Below, in pieces: positions 9,705-19,435 of a stretch of DNA of 64,000 nucleotides. Under the pieces are notes generated by a model, which made no database searches, had not been told where the DNA came from, and saw only the letters and a list, made by a program, of their open reading frames with translations. The position numbers were made by a program, and so were the translations under genes. The stretch comes from Minisyncoccota bacterium. GTDB taxonomy: Bacteria; Patescibacteriota; Minisyncoccia; Phycocordibacterales; UBA9973. Each line of letters begins with the position of its first letter. Position 1 is the stretch's first letter. The stretch is taken from positions 3,364 through 67,363 of the forward strand of contig JBBABV010000002.1 in assembly GCA_041657445.1 (NCBI GenBank), read 5' to 3'.

Positions 9705-10649
9705 TCATTTAAATAGATTATCGATTTCAGCCGACCAATTATCGCTATGTATTATCCTATTTTTTTGATAGTTATTTTTAAGTATTTCTGCTTTGGTCAT
9801 TTGAGAAAGTACCTCCCAATCAGTACCTAACACATAAGTTGCATTACCATAATGCAAACTTTCAAGTAAATAAATACTTTTATCTTTATATCCAAACACA
9901 AGATACCCAGTAAAACCTCCCAACCCTATCGCTATTTGGTTAGGTTTATAAGATTCAATTTTCTTGAATCTGTCGGCTATCATTGCTTTTTCCCCAGTAG
10001 ATCTCTTTTCAATAATTTCTTTAACTCTTTCATTAACTTTACTCCAAGGATTTATTCCAGGGGGTAGTAACTCCCAGTTGAGTCTAATAATTTTAGTTTT
10101 AACTGGCAGAGTTAAATTTTCTTTGAAAATCTGGAACTCATCAAATATTTCAAAAAACAAATTCATTGCATGCTTAATATCAGCATATTCACTTTTTGCT
10201 TTTTTAAATTTCTTTGAAATAACTATTTTCTTTGCATCTTTTTCAGCAATTTGAAACTCCAAACTTGGAGGAGGAACCAATTCTCTTTGCCATCTTTCAT
10301 ATGGCATATAATTTACACCACTATGTTCGTAGCCACCCCAATCAGTTAACGTCCATTCTCTAGGATAATAAACTGTCTCTTTTGGTAGATCCTTTCTGGG
10401 ATTTTCTTTACCTTCTGCATTAAATTCTGAAACATTTCCAAATATTGCAGGAAGAACAGTCTCGCCGATATTAACATCTTTAGAGAAACCTATTTTTTTG
10501 AGCAAATTCATTAAACTATCAGTAACTTCTACACCAATATAAAAATCTTCATTATCTTTTATTAAGGATAAATATTTTTCAGGATTAACTACTCTCTTAT
10601 GTCTTTTCTTTGCCATAAATTTAATATAGATCACCAGGGAGCACAGCAA
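9705..10649 (-). CDS. Hypothetical protein (314 aa; an alternative start MAKKRHKR at 10616 gives 303 aa), sitting between the repressor and the CD-NTase
   Basis: Long ORF with no motif I recognise. Tightly coupled to the flanking genes (4-nt gap or 29-nt overlap upstream, 1-nt gap downstream). Confidence 0.6.
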   Translation of the reverse strand: MLCSLVIYIKFMAKKRHKRVVNPEKYLSLIKDNEDFYIGVEVTDSLMNLLKKIGFSKDVNIGETVLPAIFGNVSEFNAEGKENPRKDLPKETVYYPREWTLTDWGGYEHSGVNYMPYERWQRELVPPPSLEFQIAEKDAKKIVISKKFKKAKSEYADIKHAMNLFFEIFDEFQIFKENLTLPVKTKIIRLNWELLPPGINPWSKVNERVKEIIEKRSTGEKAMIADRFKKIESYKPNQIAIGLGGFTGYLVFGYKDKSIYLLESLHYGNATYVLGTDWEVLSQMTKAEILKNNYQKNRIIHSDNWSAEIDNLFK

Positions 10650-11268
10650 CGACTACTCCTTGTATGATGCAGTTATCTGTTAATATAATCGGCTTGTGGT
10701 TTTTGTTCGTTGACTTTGGTTGAAGTACAACAGCACCATTCGCTTTCTTAAACACTTTGACGGTTGCTTCGTCATTTATAAGAGCAACAACTTTATCGTT
10801 ATCTTCTGCTGTATCTTGCTGTCGAATCAAAAGCAGATCACCACTATTAATTCCTGCAAGATTCATTGAGTCTCCGATCGCACGCAAAAGAAAATATTTT
10901 GAACCCTTTTTAGCTAGTCCTGTTGATACAGGAATTAATGCTTGGATATTTTCTTCGGCAAGAACAGGTGCACCGCAAGTCACAGCACCTACCAAGGGCA
11001 CATCAACAGTGCTTATTGAAGCTGTTGTTTGTGATCCAGTAAGGATAAGTTGTCGCCCGATTTTCTTTATAAGTCCCGCATCGATTAGTCGATTAATTAC
11101 AAGACTCGCAGATCGTGGAGAAGCTCCACCTGTAACCTCATTAATCTCACTAAGCGTAGGGCTTTTGCCATAATGAACAATCTTGTTACGGATAAGGGCA
11201 AATGCTTTTTTATCTTTGTCGCTAAGGTTATTTGTCATGGTATAAATAGTATAAATTACTCTATACAA
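10621..11268 (-). CDS. LexA/CI-like repressor (wHTH plus S24 self-cleaving peptidase). The start at 11238 (MTNNLSD) is more likely.
   Basis: N-terminal winged-HTH region (...KSPTLSEINEVTGGASPRSASLVINRLIDAGLIKK). Cleavage-site-like VGAVTCGAP. S24 Ser/Lys context (LLRAIGDSMNLAGINSGDLLLI ... KVVALINDEATVKVF). Confidence 0.85.
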   Translation of the reverse strand: MYRVIYTIYTMTNNLSDKDKKAFALIRNKIVHYGKSPTLSEINEVTGGASPRSASLVINRLIDAGLIKKIGRQLILTGSQTTASISTVDVPLVGAVTCGAPVLAEENIQALIPVSTGLAKKGSKYFLLRAIGDSMNLAGINSGDLLLIRQQDTAEDNDKVVALINDEATVKVFKKANGAVVLQPKSTNKNHKPIILTDNCIIQGVVVAVLPGDLY

Positions 11269-11296
11269 AAAAGCAAGTATTTGCTATGATGTCTTT

Positions 11297-11920
11297 ATGA
11301 AAAATGACCAGAAAAAACCAATGACTGTCGGTGAACTGGTGGCAAAGATACATCCCCCTGTCTTGAGTGAGGGGCAGATTTCTCAATTCCAGGAAATCGG
11401 TAAAAGACATGCCGAAATGATTGAGAATGTGAGAAAGGTCGCTCAACCTATTATTGAACAAATGAATCGTGTTAGAGAACAGATAAAGATTTTTGAACCA
11501 GTAGAGTATCCTGAGATCGTATTTAATCGCCCTGTTGAGTATGACATTTTGGAAGAACTTCAAGAACTAAATAAAAACCACAAGCGACTTCTGTCCTCAG
11601 GCCAGGATAGCAATGTAATTATTTATGATACAAGAAACGGATCGCTCGACAGACATTTAGGCGGTAAACTTTTCTCATACGACCTCACTGAAAATGGAAA
11701 AAGAAAACAATTACTTGAAATACTTCTTGACCGTGGCACATATGTAAAAACAAAAGAACTTGAATCCATGCTTTCATCGCCAGCCATAGCAAAAATAGTT
11801 CAGACTTTTAATGACTATGCGATCAACACCCTAAGGCTTCCAAAGAAAACAAAACTCATTCAAGGAAAGAAAGGCTCTGGGTATCGTATCAATCCTAAAA
11901 TACACATAGAGAAAGAGTAA
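11297..11920 (+). CDS. Hypothetical protein with a C-terminal winged-helix (OmpR-like trans_reg_C-like) region, divergent from the repressor
   Basis: C-terminus ...LLEILLDRGTYVKTKELESML...GKKGSGYRINP resembles an OmpR/PhoB-family wing. 207 aa. Confidence 0.45.
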   Translation: MKNDQKKPMTVGELVAKIHPPVLSEGQISQFQEIGKRHAEMIENVRKVAQPIIEQMNRVREQIKIFEPVEYPEIVFNRPVEYDILEELQELNKNHKRLLSSGQDSNVIIYDTRNGSLDRHLGGKLFSYDLTENGKRKQLLEILLDRGTYVKTKELESMLSSPAIAKIVQTFNDYAINTLRLPKKTKLIQGKKGSGYRINPKIHIEKE

Positions 11921-12093
11921 ATTCCTAAGTTGACACCAAGTTGAGTGGATAACTTTGAAAAATCGCCTTTAAATAGGCGTTTTTTCTTTATGCTACTCAA
12001 TTTTATGCCAATTACATGCCTATGTACCTTTTTGATTTCATAGAGTTAGTAGATTAGTCATCTACAAATTTATAAGTAATCAAATAAAACTCT

Positions 12094-13371
12094 ATGAATA
12101 AAAAACCTTCATGGAAAACAGGAGTTCGAGAAGTCAAAGACTTACTCCCTTGGAAAGAAAATCCAAGAAAAATCTCACGGGTCGCTATGGAGAAATTAAA
12201 AGAGAAAATCATTCAAAGTGGTTTTCATAGTGTGATTGTCATTGATACAGACAACACCATTATCTCTGGCAACCAAAGAAAAACAGCTTTGATACAGCTC
12301 GGTATCAAACAAGTAAATGTATTAATCCCTGATCGCAAACTATCAGACGACGAACGTCGCAAGATTGCTATTGAAAGCAACATCAACGACGGTGAATGGG
12401 ATTTCGAAAAGCTTAAATCTTTTGATTTAGAGCTTTTACAATTTGCTGGATTCAACGAAAAAGAATTGGTTAAGTTTTGGGACGAAGAAAAGGATTCCAA
12501 AGATGATAAATTCGATGTCGATAAAGAGTTAAAGAAAATAAAAACACCACAAACGAAACCTGGCGACCTCATTGTTATGGGCGGTCATAAGTTGTTGTGT
12601 GCTAGTTCTACCGATATGAATGCTGTCACCAAACTATTCGGAAATGATAAAGCTACCGCTATCTATAATGACCCACCTTTTAATATCGGACTCTCATACG
12701 ATAAAGGTGTGGGCAATAAATCTAACTATGGAGGTACCTTTGACGACAATCAATCACCTGAAGAATACAAAGAATTTATTCGCAAGGTTCTAAAATCTTC
12801 ACTAGCCGTATCTAATAAGGACGTACACGTCGCTTTCTGGTGTGATGAAGCCTGGGTGTGGGTTTTTCAAACGCTCTATATGGAAAATGGAGTTAAGAAC
12901 CGAAGACTTAATGTCTGGATCAAAAACAATTCGTCGCCGACACCTACTGTTGCGTTCAATAAGTGTCTTGAGTATTGCGTGTATGGCACGAAAGGATATC
13001 CATATATTTCTGATCTCGTAAAAAATCTCAACGAAGTACAAAACAAAGACTACGGAACTGGCAATCAACTTCTCGAAGATATCTCAAATATCTGGGCAAC
13101 AAAACGACTACCTGCGAATCAAATGGAGCATGCGACGAGTAAAAATCCTGAATTACACCATAAGTTTATTATGCGTTGTACCAAGCCAGGAGACATCATT
13201 TTTGATGCCTTCTCTGGATCTGCTAGCACTATGATCTGTGCGGAACAACTTGGTCGAAAGGTTTATTCCCTAGAAATAGAACCTGTGTTTTGTGATTTAG
13301 CAATTCGTCGTTATGAAAAATTAACTGGTCACAAGGCACAAGTAATCAAGAATTTCTATGAAAAAGAATAA
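12094..13371 (+). CDS. ParB-like nuclease domain fused to a beta-class N6-adenine/N4-cytosine DNA methyltransferase (phage-type)
   Basis: N-terminal ParB/Srx motif (KENPRKISRVAMEKL...ISGNQRKTA). Motif IV IYNDPPFNIG precedes motif I IIFDAFSGSAST, the beta-class order. Confidence 0.8.
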   Translation: MNKKPSWKTGVREVKDLLPWKENPRKISRVAMEKLKEKIIQSGFHSVIVIDTDNTIISGNQRKTALIQLGIKQVNVLIPDRKLSDDERRKIAIESNINDGEWDFEKLKSFDLELLQFAGFNEKELVKFWDEEKDSKDDKFDVDKELKKIKTPQTKPGDLIVMGGHKLLCASSTDMNAVTKLFGNDKATAIYNDPPFNIGLSYDKGVGNKSNYGGTFDDNQSPEEYKEFIRKVLKSSLAVSNKDVHVAFWCDEAWVWVFQTLYMENGVKNRRLNVWIKNNSSPTPTVAFNKCLEYCVYGTKGYPYISDLVKNLNEVQNKDYGTGNQLLEDISNIWATKRLPANQMEHATSKNPELHHKFIMRCTKPGDIIFDAFSGSASTMICAEQLGRKVYSLEIEPVFCDLAIRRYEKLTGHKAQVIKNFYEKE

Positions 13372-13765
13372 ATTTCAAGATCAGTTCCTTGATGAACTAC
13401 GGAAAGTGCCGATCGTTCAAGTGGCATGCGAGAAGACAGGATTGTCTCGCAATAGTGTCTATCGTTGGCGAAAAGATGATAAAGAATTTATCAAGAAAAT
13501 GGATGGTGCACTTTCTGAAGGTGTCGCTTTGGTAAATGACATGAGTGAGAGCCAACTACTCACTCTTATTAAAGAGAAAAACTATCCTGCGATTAGTTTT
13601 TGGCTTCGTCACCGAAATGATAATTACAAGAACAAACTTGAAATTACTACCAAGGATGACAATGAAGAACTGACACCGTCACAAGCAAAAATCGTAAAAC
13701 AAGCACTCAAACTCGCAAAAATTACCAAGTCGAAATCTATTAAAAACATTAATCGTAAAAAATAA
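13358..13765 (+). CDS. Terminase small subunit-like HTH protein
   Basis: 135 aa with an N-terminal HTH (VACEKTGLSRNSVYRWRK). Overlaps the upstream gene and sits immediately before terL. Confidence 0.5.
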   Translation: MKKNKFQDQFLDELRKVPIVQVACEKTGLSRNSVYRWRKDDKEFIKKMDGALSEGVALVNDMSESQLLTLIKEKNYPAISFWLRHRNDNYKNKLEITTKDDNEELTPSQAKIVKQALKLAKITKSKSIKNINRKK

Positions 13766-13767
13766 TT

Positions 13768-15264
13768 ATGACTAAAATAATTTCAAAAGCACTGGTTAAT
13801 ACGATGATAAAAGATCGTTCAGTGCGAACATCAATTACAAAAGATAGTTTCCTGTACTTTTTCCACTTCTACTATGCACACTATGTGAAATACGAAACGG
13901 CAGACTTCCAAAAAGAGATTATTCATAATCTCGAAAAGAGCACCACTGAAAACTTATATGTGGTGGCGTTTCGTGGATCTGGAAAATCCACCATGGTGAC
14001 AACTGCATATCCGATTTGGGCAATCCTCGGAAAACAGCAAAAGAAGTTTTGTATTATCTTTTGCCAAACACGAGCACAGGCAAAACAACACATGATGAAT
14101 ATTCGTACAGAGCTTGAGGGTAACGATGTACTTAAAAAAGACCTCGGACCATTCCAAGAAGAAAGCGATGAATGGGGTTCATTCTCCCTTGTATTCAAGA
14201 AGCACGGAGCAAGAATTACCGTAGCTTCTGCCGAGCAAAGTATTCGTGGTATTCGCCACAACGAACACCGCCCAGATTTAATAATCTGTGACGATGTTGA
14301 AGATGTGCAATCAACCAAAACTCGTGAAGGTCGAGAAAAGACTTATAACTGGCTCCGTGGTGAAGTTATACCTGCTGGTGATAGGAATACTCGACTAATC
14401 ATTGTCGGAAACTTACTCCATGAAGATTCGCTGTTAATGCGAATAAAAGACGAGATTGCTAAAGGTAAAGCAAAAGGAATATTTAAAGAGTATCCGTTGA
14501 TTGATAAGAATGGTGTGTGCTTATGGTCTGGAAAATATGCAACAGAAAAAGATCTTGAAGATGAGAAGTTAAAAGTTGCCAGTGAAATATCTTGGCAACG
14601 AGAATATTTACTTCGTATTATTCCGAGCGATGATCAAGTTATCTACCCAGAGTGGATTCAATTTTATGATGAACTGCCAGGAGAAAAACATCGTGGCTAT
14701 CGTGGTACTTATGCAGGCGTAGATCTTGCTATATCAGCGTCAGAAACTGCCGATGATACTGCTGTGGTGTTTGCTCACATTTATTCACGCCGTGAGAAAT
14801 TGCGAATCTACATACTACCTAACCCTATTGCAAAGAAACTTAACTTTCCTGCACAGGTAGATCTCATGAAAGATATTCGTAACACACTACTCACAAGAAG
14901 TTCTGATGAATTATTTGTTGAAAGTGTTGCGTATCAAGAAGCTCTACCTCAAATGCTCGAACATCATGGTGTTAAGGCTACAGCAATTAAACCCAAAGGA
15001 GATAAGCGAACAAGACTAGCTCTTACTTCGACTGCAATAAAATCAGCAAAGATTTTATTCCCAAGAGAAGGATGTGAAAGACTTATCGAGCAATTGGTCG
15101 GATTCGGTGTTGAAAAGCATGACGACTTAGCAGATGCATTTTCTCTCTTGATCAACTCAACCATGGACAAGCATTCGGGAGAATCAACATGGCTTATGTA
15201 CTGGATGGGAGACGATGAACCTTTGTACTTTAGGGATTATGTAGATATGGATCAAAAAAAGTAG
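13768..15264 (+). CDS. Phage terminase large subunit (ATPase plus RNase H-like nuclease)
   Basis: Walker A VVAFRGSGKST, Walker B LIICDDVED, and a C-terminal nuclease region GVDLAISASETADDTAVVFAH. Confidence 0.8.
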   Translation: MTKIISKALVNTMIKDRSVRTSITKDSFLYFFHFYYAHYVKYETADFQKEIIHNLEKSTTENLYVVAFRGSGKSTMVTTAYPIWAILGKQQKKFCIIFCQTRAQAKQHMMNIRTELEGNDVLKKDLGPFQEESDEWGSFSLVFKKHGARITVASAEQSIRGIRHNEHRPDLIICDDVEDVQSTKTREGREKTYNWLRGEVIPAGDRNTRLIIVGNLLHEDSLLMRIKDEIAKGKAKGIFKEYPLIDKNGVCLWSGKYATEKDLEDEKLKVASEISWQREYLLRIIPSDDQVIYPEWIQFYDELPGEKHRGYRGTYAGVDLAISASETADDTAVVFAHIYSRREKLRIYILPNPIAKKLNFPAQVDLMKDIRNTLLTRSSDELFVESVAYQEALPQMLEHHGVKATAIKPKGDKRTRLALTSTAIKSAKILFPREGCERLIEQLVGFGVEKHDDLADAFSLLINSTMDKHSGESTWLMYWMGDDEPLYFRDYVDMDQKK

Positions 15265-16656
15265 TTGCGAGTATGCAATATTTCGCTAGTTCTGCATAGA
15301 CTTAGCAAAACGCTCAAATTGCGTCATCAATATAATATGGAGACGCAATATATAAGCAATTTAGGAGTAAGAACAGAGGTACCAAAAACCAAGATTCGGT
15401 ATGTCCTGTATGCTCGAAAATCAACTGAATCGGACGAAAAACAAGCCTTGTCTATTGAATCACAAGTTAAGGAAATGCTTGCTATCGCCGACCGTGATAG
15501 CTTAACGGTTGTTGATATTAGACGTGAATCTCACTCGGCTAAAGAATCTGGTCAACGACCAGTATTTAGAGAGGTATTAGAGGATGTAAGGCGTGGTAGG
15601 TATAACGGCATACTCACCTGGGCCCCTGATCGTCTATCGAGAAACGCTGGTGATCTGGGATCAGTAGTTGACCTTATGGACGAGACGAAACTTCTTGAAA
15701 TAAGAACATACGGACAACACTTCAAAAATTCTCCCAATGAGAAGTTTCTTTTGATGATCCTGTGTTCACAAGCCAAACTCGAAAACGATAATAAAAGTAT
15801 CAATGTAAAACGAGGGCTACGAACAAGATGTGAAATGGGGCTTCGTCCAGGTCCTGCTGTAGTTGGATATCTCAACGAAAAACGAATGGATAAAAAATGT
15901 GAGGTTGTTATAGATCCAGAACGAGCACCAATAGTTAAACAAATGTTTGAAAAAGTGGCATACGAAAAGTGGTCAGGAAGAAAACTCTACCACTGGCTAA
16001 AATTTGATCTAAACTTCAAAACTCGAAGTGGCAACAAAGGTCTTACTCTTAGTAACATTTATCTCATACTTCAAAACCCATTTTATTATGGGGTTTTTGA
16101 ATATCCTCGAAAGAGTGGAAATTTTTATACAGGAAAACACGAACCGATAATCAATAAAGAACTTTTTGATCTGGTTCAAGAGCAAACAAAAAGCCAAGTA
16201 CTACGGACCCAAGAACCAAAAGAATTTGCTTTTACAAAAATGATGACATGTGGACTTTGTGGATCGGGAATCTGTGCAGATGAAAAGTTTAAAAAGTTAA
16301 AAGACGGATCAGTGAATAGACATATATATTATGGATGTACGAGATCAAAGGATAAAAATTGTAAGTGTGGGTATATAAACGAAAGTGAACTAATACAACA
16401 ATTTGAAAAGCTGATTGATCAAGTAAATATCAATGAGATTGGAATGAAAGAGAAGATTAAATATGAGGTTGAGCGAATAAAACGCTTTAATCAATCTGTA
16501 TTAAATACAAAACAACAGATACAAATAAAAGACGTAGACATTAGAGACTACGCCAAATTTATTTTAAAAGACGGCTTGATTGAAGAGAAGCGAGAATTAT
16601 TAACTTGTTTTAAGAGTAAGATTATATTGAAAAATAAAATAGTTTCAATTAATTGA
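15265..16656 (+). CDS. Large serine recombinase (integrase). The start at 15337 (METQYISNLG) is more likely.
   Basis: Catalytic YARKSTESDEKQ (YxRxSTxxQ) resolvase domain, then a recombinase domain, then a Cys-rich zinc-ribbon (CGLCGSG...YYGCTRSKDKNCKCG). Confidence 0.85.
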   Translation: MRVCNISLVLHRLSKTLKLRHQYNMETQYISNLGVRTEVPKTKIRYVLYARKSTESDEKQALSIESQVKEMLAIADRDSLTVVDIRRESHSAKESGQRPVFREVLEDVRRGRYNGILTWAPDRLSRNAGDLGSVVDLMDETKLLEIRTYGQHFKNSPNEKFLLMILCSQAKLENDNKSINVKRGLRTRCEMGLRPGPAVVGYLNEKRMDKKCEVVIDPERAPIVKQMFEKVAYEKWSGRKLYHWLKFDLNFKTRSGNKGLTLSNIYLILQNPFYYGVFEYPRKSGNFYTGKHEPIINKELFDLVQEQTKSQVLRTQEPKEFAFTKMMTCGLCGSGICADEKFKKLKDGSVNRHIYYGCTRSKDKNCKCGYINESELIQQFEKLIDQVNINEIGMKEKIKYEVERIKRFNQSVLNTKQQIQIKDVDIRDYAKFILKDGLIEEKRELLTCFKSKIILKNKIVSIN

Positions 16657-19435
16657 ATTTAGAAATATACTTTTCAAGCGCAGATAACATGTCTTTTACA
16701 GACAATTTATCTTTTGGTGAAGATCCAACTATATGATCTATGTATTTTGGTTTTTTAAGCTCTGTTAGTATGTTTGCACTTTCGTTACCCTTCGCAGAAT
16801 GATGATATATTTGTGCTGTAATAATTAAGTTATATTTACTTTGACCTCTTTTAAGCCCAGAGAACACATCAGAGCTTTTTAATTTTGAGTTTGATATAAA
16901 TTGAATATCCCAATCATTTGCCCCAAGTCCGTATTTAGTAAAGTACTTTCTTGTATCTTTTAATATCAAATCATCATCAACAGTTTCTCCGATAATACAT
17001 ACATTAAAAGGTTTTGGGAGTTTAACATCCTGATCTTCTAAAATAGAAGATTCTTCTTTTAGCATCAATTTTGCATTATCTAGGTCTATTTTGAGTATTT
17101 CTTTTTCAGTTTCAATATCTTTAATCTTCTTTATGGCCTGATTAAGTTCTTCTTCATATAAATCTAACAATTCTTGATCTTCTTTAGATTCTGCTTTCGT
17201 TGCCTTAGATACAACTTTTCTACTTTGCGAAAAACGAATCAAGTCGTACTCATATTTTGAAGAAAAAGTATCTAAGCTTTGCTCGTTTAGACTATGGAAA
17301 AAATTTATATAATCCCTCGGTGAAAGAATGAAGAAAAGGATATTATCTTTACCTTTATACTTCTCAACATAAGCTTTCCCAGCATTAAGTTTTAGTAGGT
17401 TTTCATTTTTAAAATCCTTATCATCTTTTATCTCGACAATAATGGTTTCTTTCTTTGTCTTTAGGATAAAATCTGGATAAAAGCCATAGAGTGCATCTTC
17501 TCCACTTTTTGGATTTTGTTTTTTATAAGGTATTCCAAAAAATTTACTCTCTCTTTCTCCATTTTTAAACCACCAAACTAAATAATCTTCTGATGATTCA
17601 AGCTTAGACACAAACTTGTTTTCAGGTTTTGATATAGTAAGTCTTGAATTTTTATCTTTTTTTAAATAGTAAGGAGACATTATAGACTTTTGTATATCTA
17701 CTTGTTCTTCAAAATCATTAAATACGCTTATATCTTCGGGGATTTGCCAATTACTATTCTCGACAATAGTATCTTGTTGGGTTGGGAGATTCGCGTATTT
17801 ATTTTTTGCAAGATCAATCAATTCCTCTATCTCTGTCTTATTTTTATCTCTTATAACTATGTTCGCGATTTGATCTTCGTCATCTATTTTAAATAGAGTT
17901 ATAAAAAGTGCCCTCAAATGACTTTTCAAAGTATTGGTTGAGTCTGATTTTGCATAAGGAACAGTGCAAGATTCTAAAAATCTATTATAAGAATCAAAGA
18001 CTTCTTCTCTATTTTTTTCGATTTCAATTTCACTCTTAAAATCAATATCTTTTCTTTTTTCATCGATAGTTTTTGCAGAACCACCGACACCCACAACTTT
18101 TTTGTAAGTAGCGATACTGGTCACCAACTTCTTTTTTGTATTTAATTCTTCAGCCGAATCAAAAAGACATTTTTTGAAAGGAGCCTGCAGGCGAGTTATT
18201 TCTCGTTTCCGTCTTATTTGCGCACTAGGCAAATCAATATTTCTATATTTTGTATTATCTCTCAACATTGTTGCGCTACTTGCATAATCTTTAGCAATAT
18301 CTTCAACTATCGTAAAGTTATCAGAAGCTGTAAATACATAACCAAAATTTAAATCTTCACAAGATTCGTAATGCTTTTGTTCTGGCATACGCATAATACG
18401 CCCCAATGTTTGAACATTAAACTCATAGTTTTCAGAGTTCCATTCCTTTTGAAGTAAAAGTATAGAAGCTCTAGGGCAATCCCACCCAAGAGCAATAGCG
18501 TCTTTAAAAATTAAAACTTCGATCTCGCTTGTATTCTCACGGACATTAAAAAGATGGTCTTTATCTTCTTGGTTTAAATAAATTCCTAACTTTCCTGCAT
18601 CTTTTGTAATACCGAATTTAGATAAAACATCAATAATTTTTTCTTCAGGAGGTCTTTGTCCTTTTTTAGCATCAGGAATTTGTATTAATAAAAGAGGATT
18701 AATTTTTAAACCTAATTTTTCATAACTAGCTTTTAATTGTTTTCTTTTTTGTAATGCTACGTTTACAATATCTTCATTATTTTTTACAAAATCCTTTTTA
18801 AGCCCGTAGTTTATCTTTACTTCTTTTTTTATCATTCCTTCAGCAACAACCTCTTCAATCTTTATCTTTATAGGTATTCCACTTATATCTTTTGGTGTGG
18901 CCGACATTTCAATAGTTAAATCTGGTTCGATGATAGACAGTACCTCTTTTGCTTTAGAGGTTTTTGCAGAGTGATGACTCTCGTCAATAATTAATACAAT
19001 TTTTCTACCCTCATCTTTTGTATTTGAAATTATTTTAGATAAGTTCCAATCATCCTCGTTTTCAACCATGAAAAGATTTCCCTCACGATTCAAACTCTGC
19101 CAATTTATAAATAAGATTTGATTTTCCTCTAAAACATTTCCAACAATATCTCTTGCTTCAACACACTCCAAAAGACGATCATTTTCAAAGTGAAGTTCTA
19201 AGCTTTCGCTACTTTGTCTATGTAGATTATTTACAGAAATCCACACAAAAGAAAGAGTCTCTTTTGACTGTAATTCTTTTACGATACGAATCATTGATTC
19301 GGCCATCATTGTTGTTTTCCCTGAACCGGTTGGAGCTTGAAATATGAGAGTTTGAGGGTCAGAGTCACTTAAATAAGTAACGGAATGGTTTACTATTTTT
19401 GCTATTGCTTTTTGTTGATAAATTAATTGTTTCAT
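16649..19435 (-). CDS. res: Type III restriction enzyme Res subunit (SF2 helicase plus endonuclease)
   Basis: Helicase motif I FQAPTGSGKT and motif II LIIDESHH. 928 aa. Overlaps the upstream mod gene by 4 nt. Confidence 0.8.
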   Translation of the reverse strand: MKQLIYQQKAIAKIVNHSVTYLSDSDPQTLIFQAPTGSGKTTMMAESMIRIVKELQSKETLSFVWISVNNLHRQSSESLELHFENDRLLECVEARDIVGNVLEENQILFINWQSLNREGNLFMVENEDDWNLSKIISNTKDEGRKIVLIIDESHHSAKTSKAKEVLSIIEPDLTIEMSATPKDISGIPIKIKIEEVVAEGMIKKEVKINYGLKKDFVKNNEDIVNVALQKRKQLKASYEKLGLKINPLLLIQIPDAKKGQRPPEEKIIDVLSKFGITKDAGKLGIYLNQEDKDHLFNVRENTSEIEVLIFKDAIALGWDCPRASILLLQKEWNSENYEFNVQTLGRIMRMPEQKHYESCEDLNFGYVFTASDNFTIVEDIAKDYASSATMLRDNTKYRNIDLPSAQIRRKREITRLQAPFKKCLFDSAEELNTKKKLVTSIATYKKVVGVGGSAKTIDEKRKDIDFKSEIEIEKNREEVFDSYNRFLESCTVPYAKSDSTNTLKSHLRALFITLFKIDDEDQIANIVIRDKNKTEIEELIDLAKNKYANLPTQQDTIVENSNWQIPEDISVFNDFEEQVDIQKSIMSPYYLKKDKNSRLTISKPENKFVSKLESSEDYLVWWFKNGERESKFFGIPYKKQNPKSGEDALYGFYPDFILKTKKETIIVEIKDDKDFKNENLLKLNAGKAYVEKYKGKDNILFFILSPRDYINFFHSLNEQSLDTFSSKYEYDLIRFSQSRKVVSKATKAESKEDQELLDLYEEELNQAIKKIKDIETEKEILKIDLDNAKLMLKEESSILEDQDVKLPKPFNVCIIGETVDDDLILKDTRKYFTKYGLGANDWDIQFISNSKLKSSDVFSGLKRGQSKYNLIITAQIYHHSAKGNESANILTELKKPKYIDHIVGSSPKDKLSVKDMLSALEKYISKFN

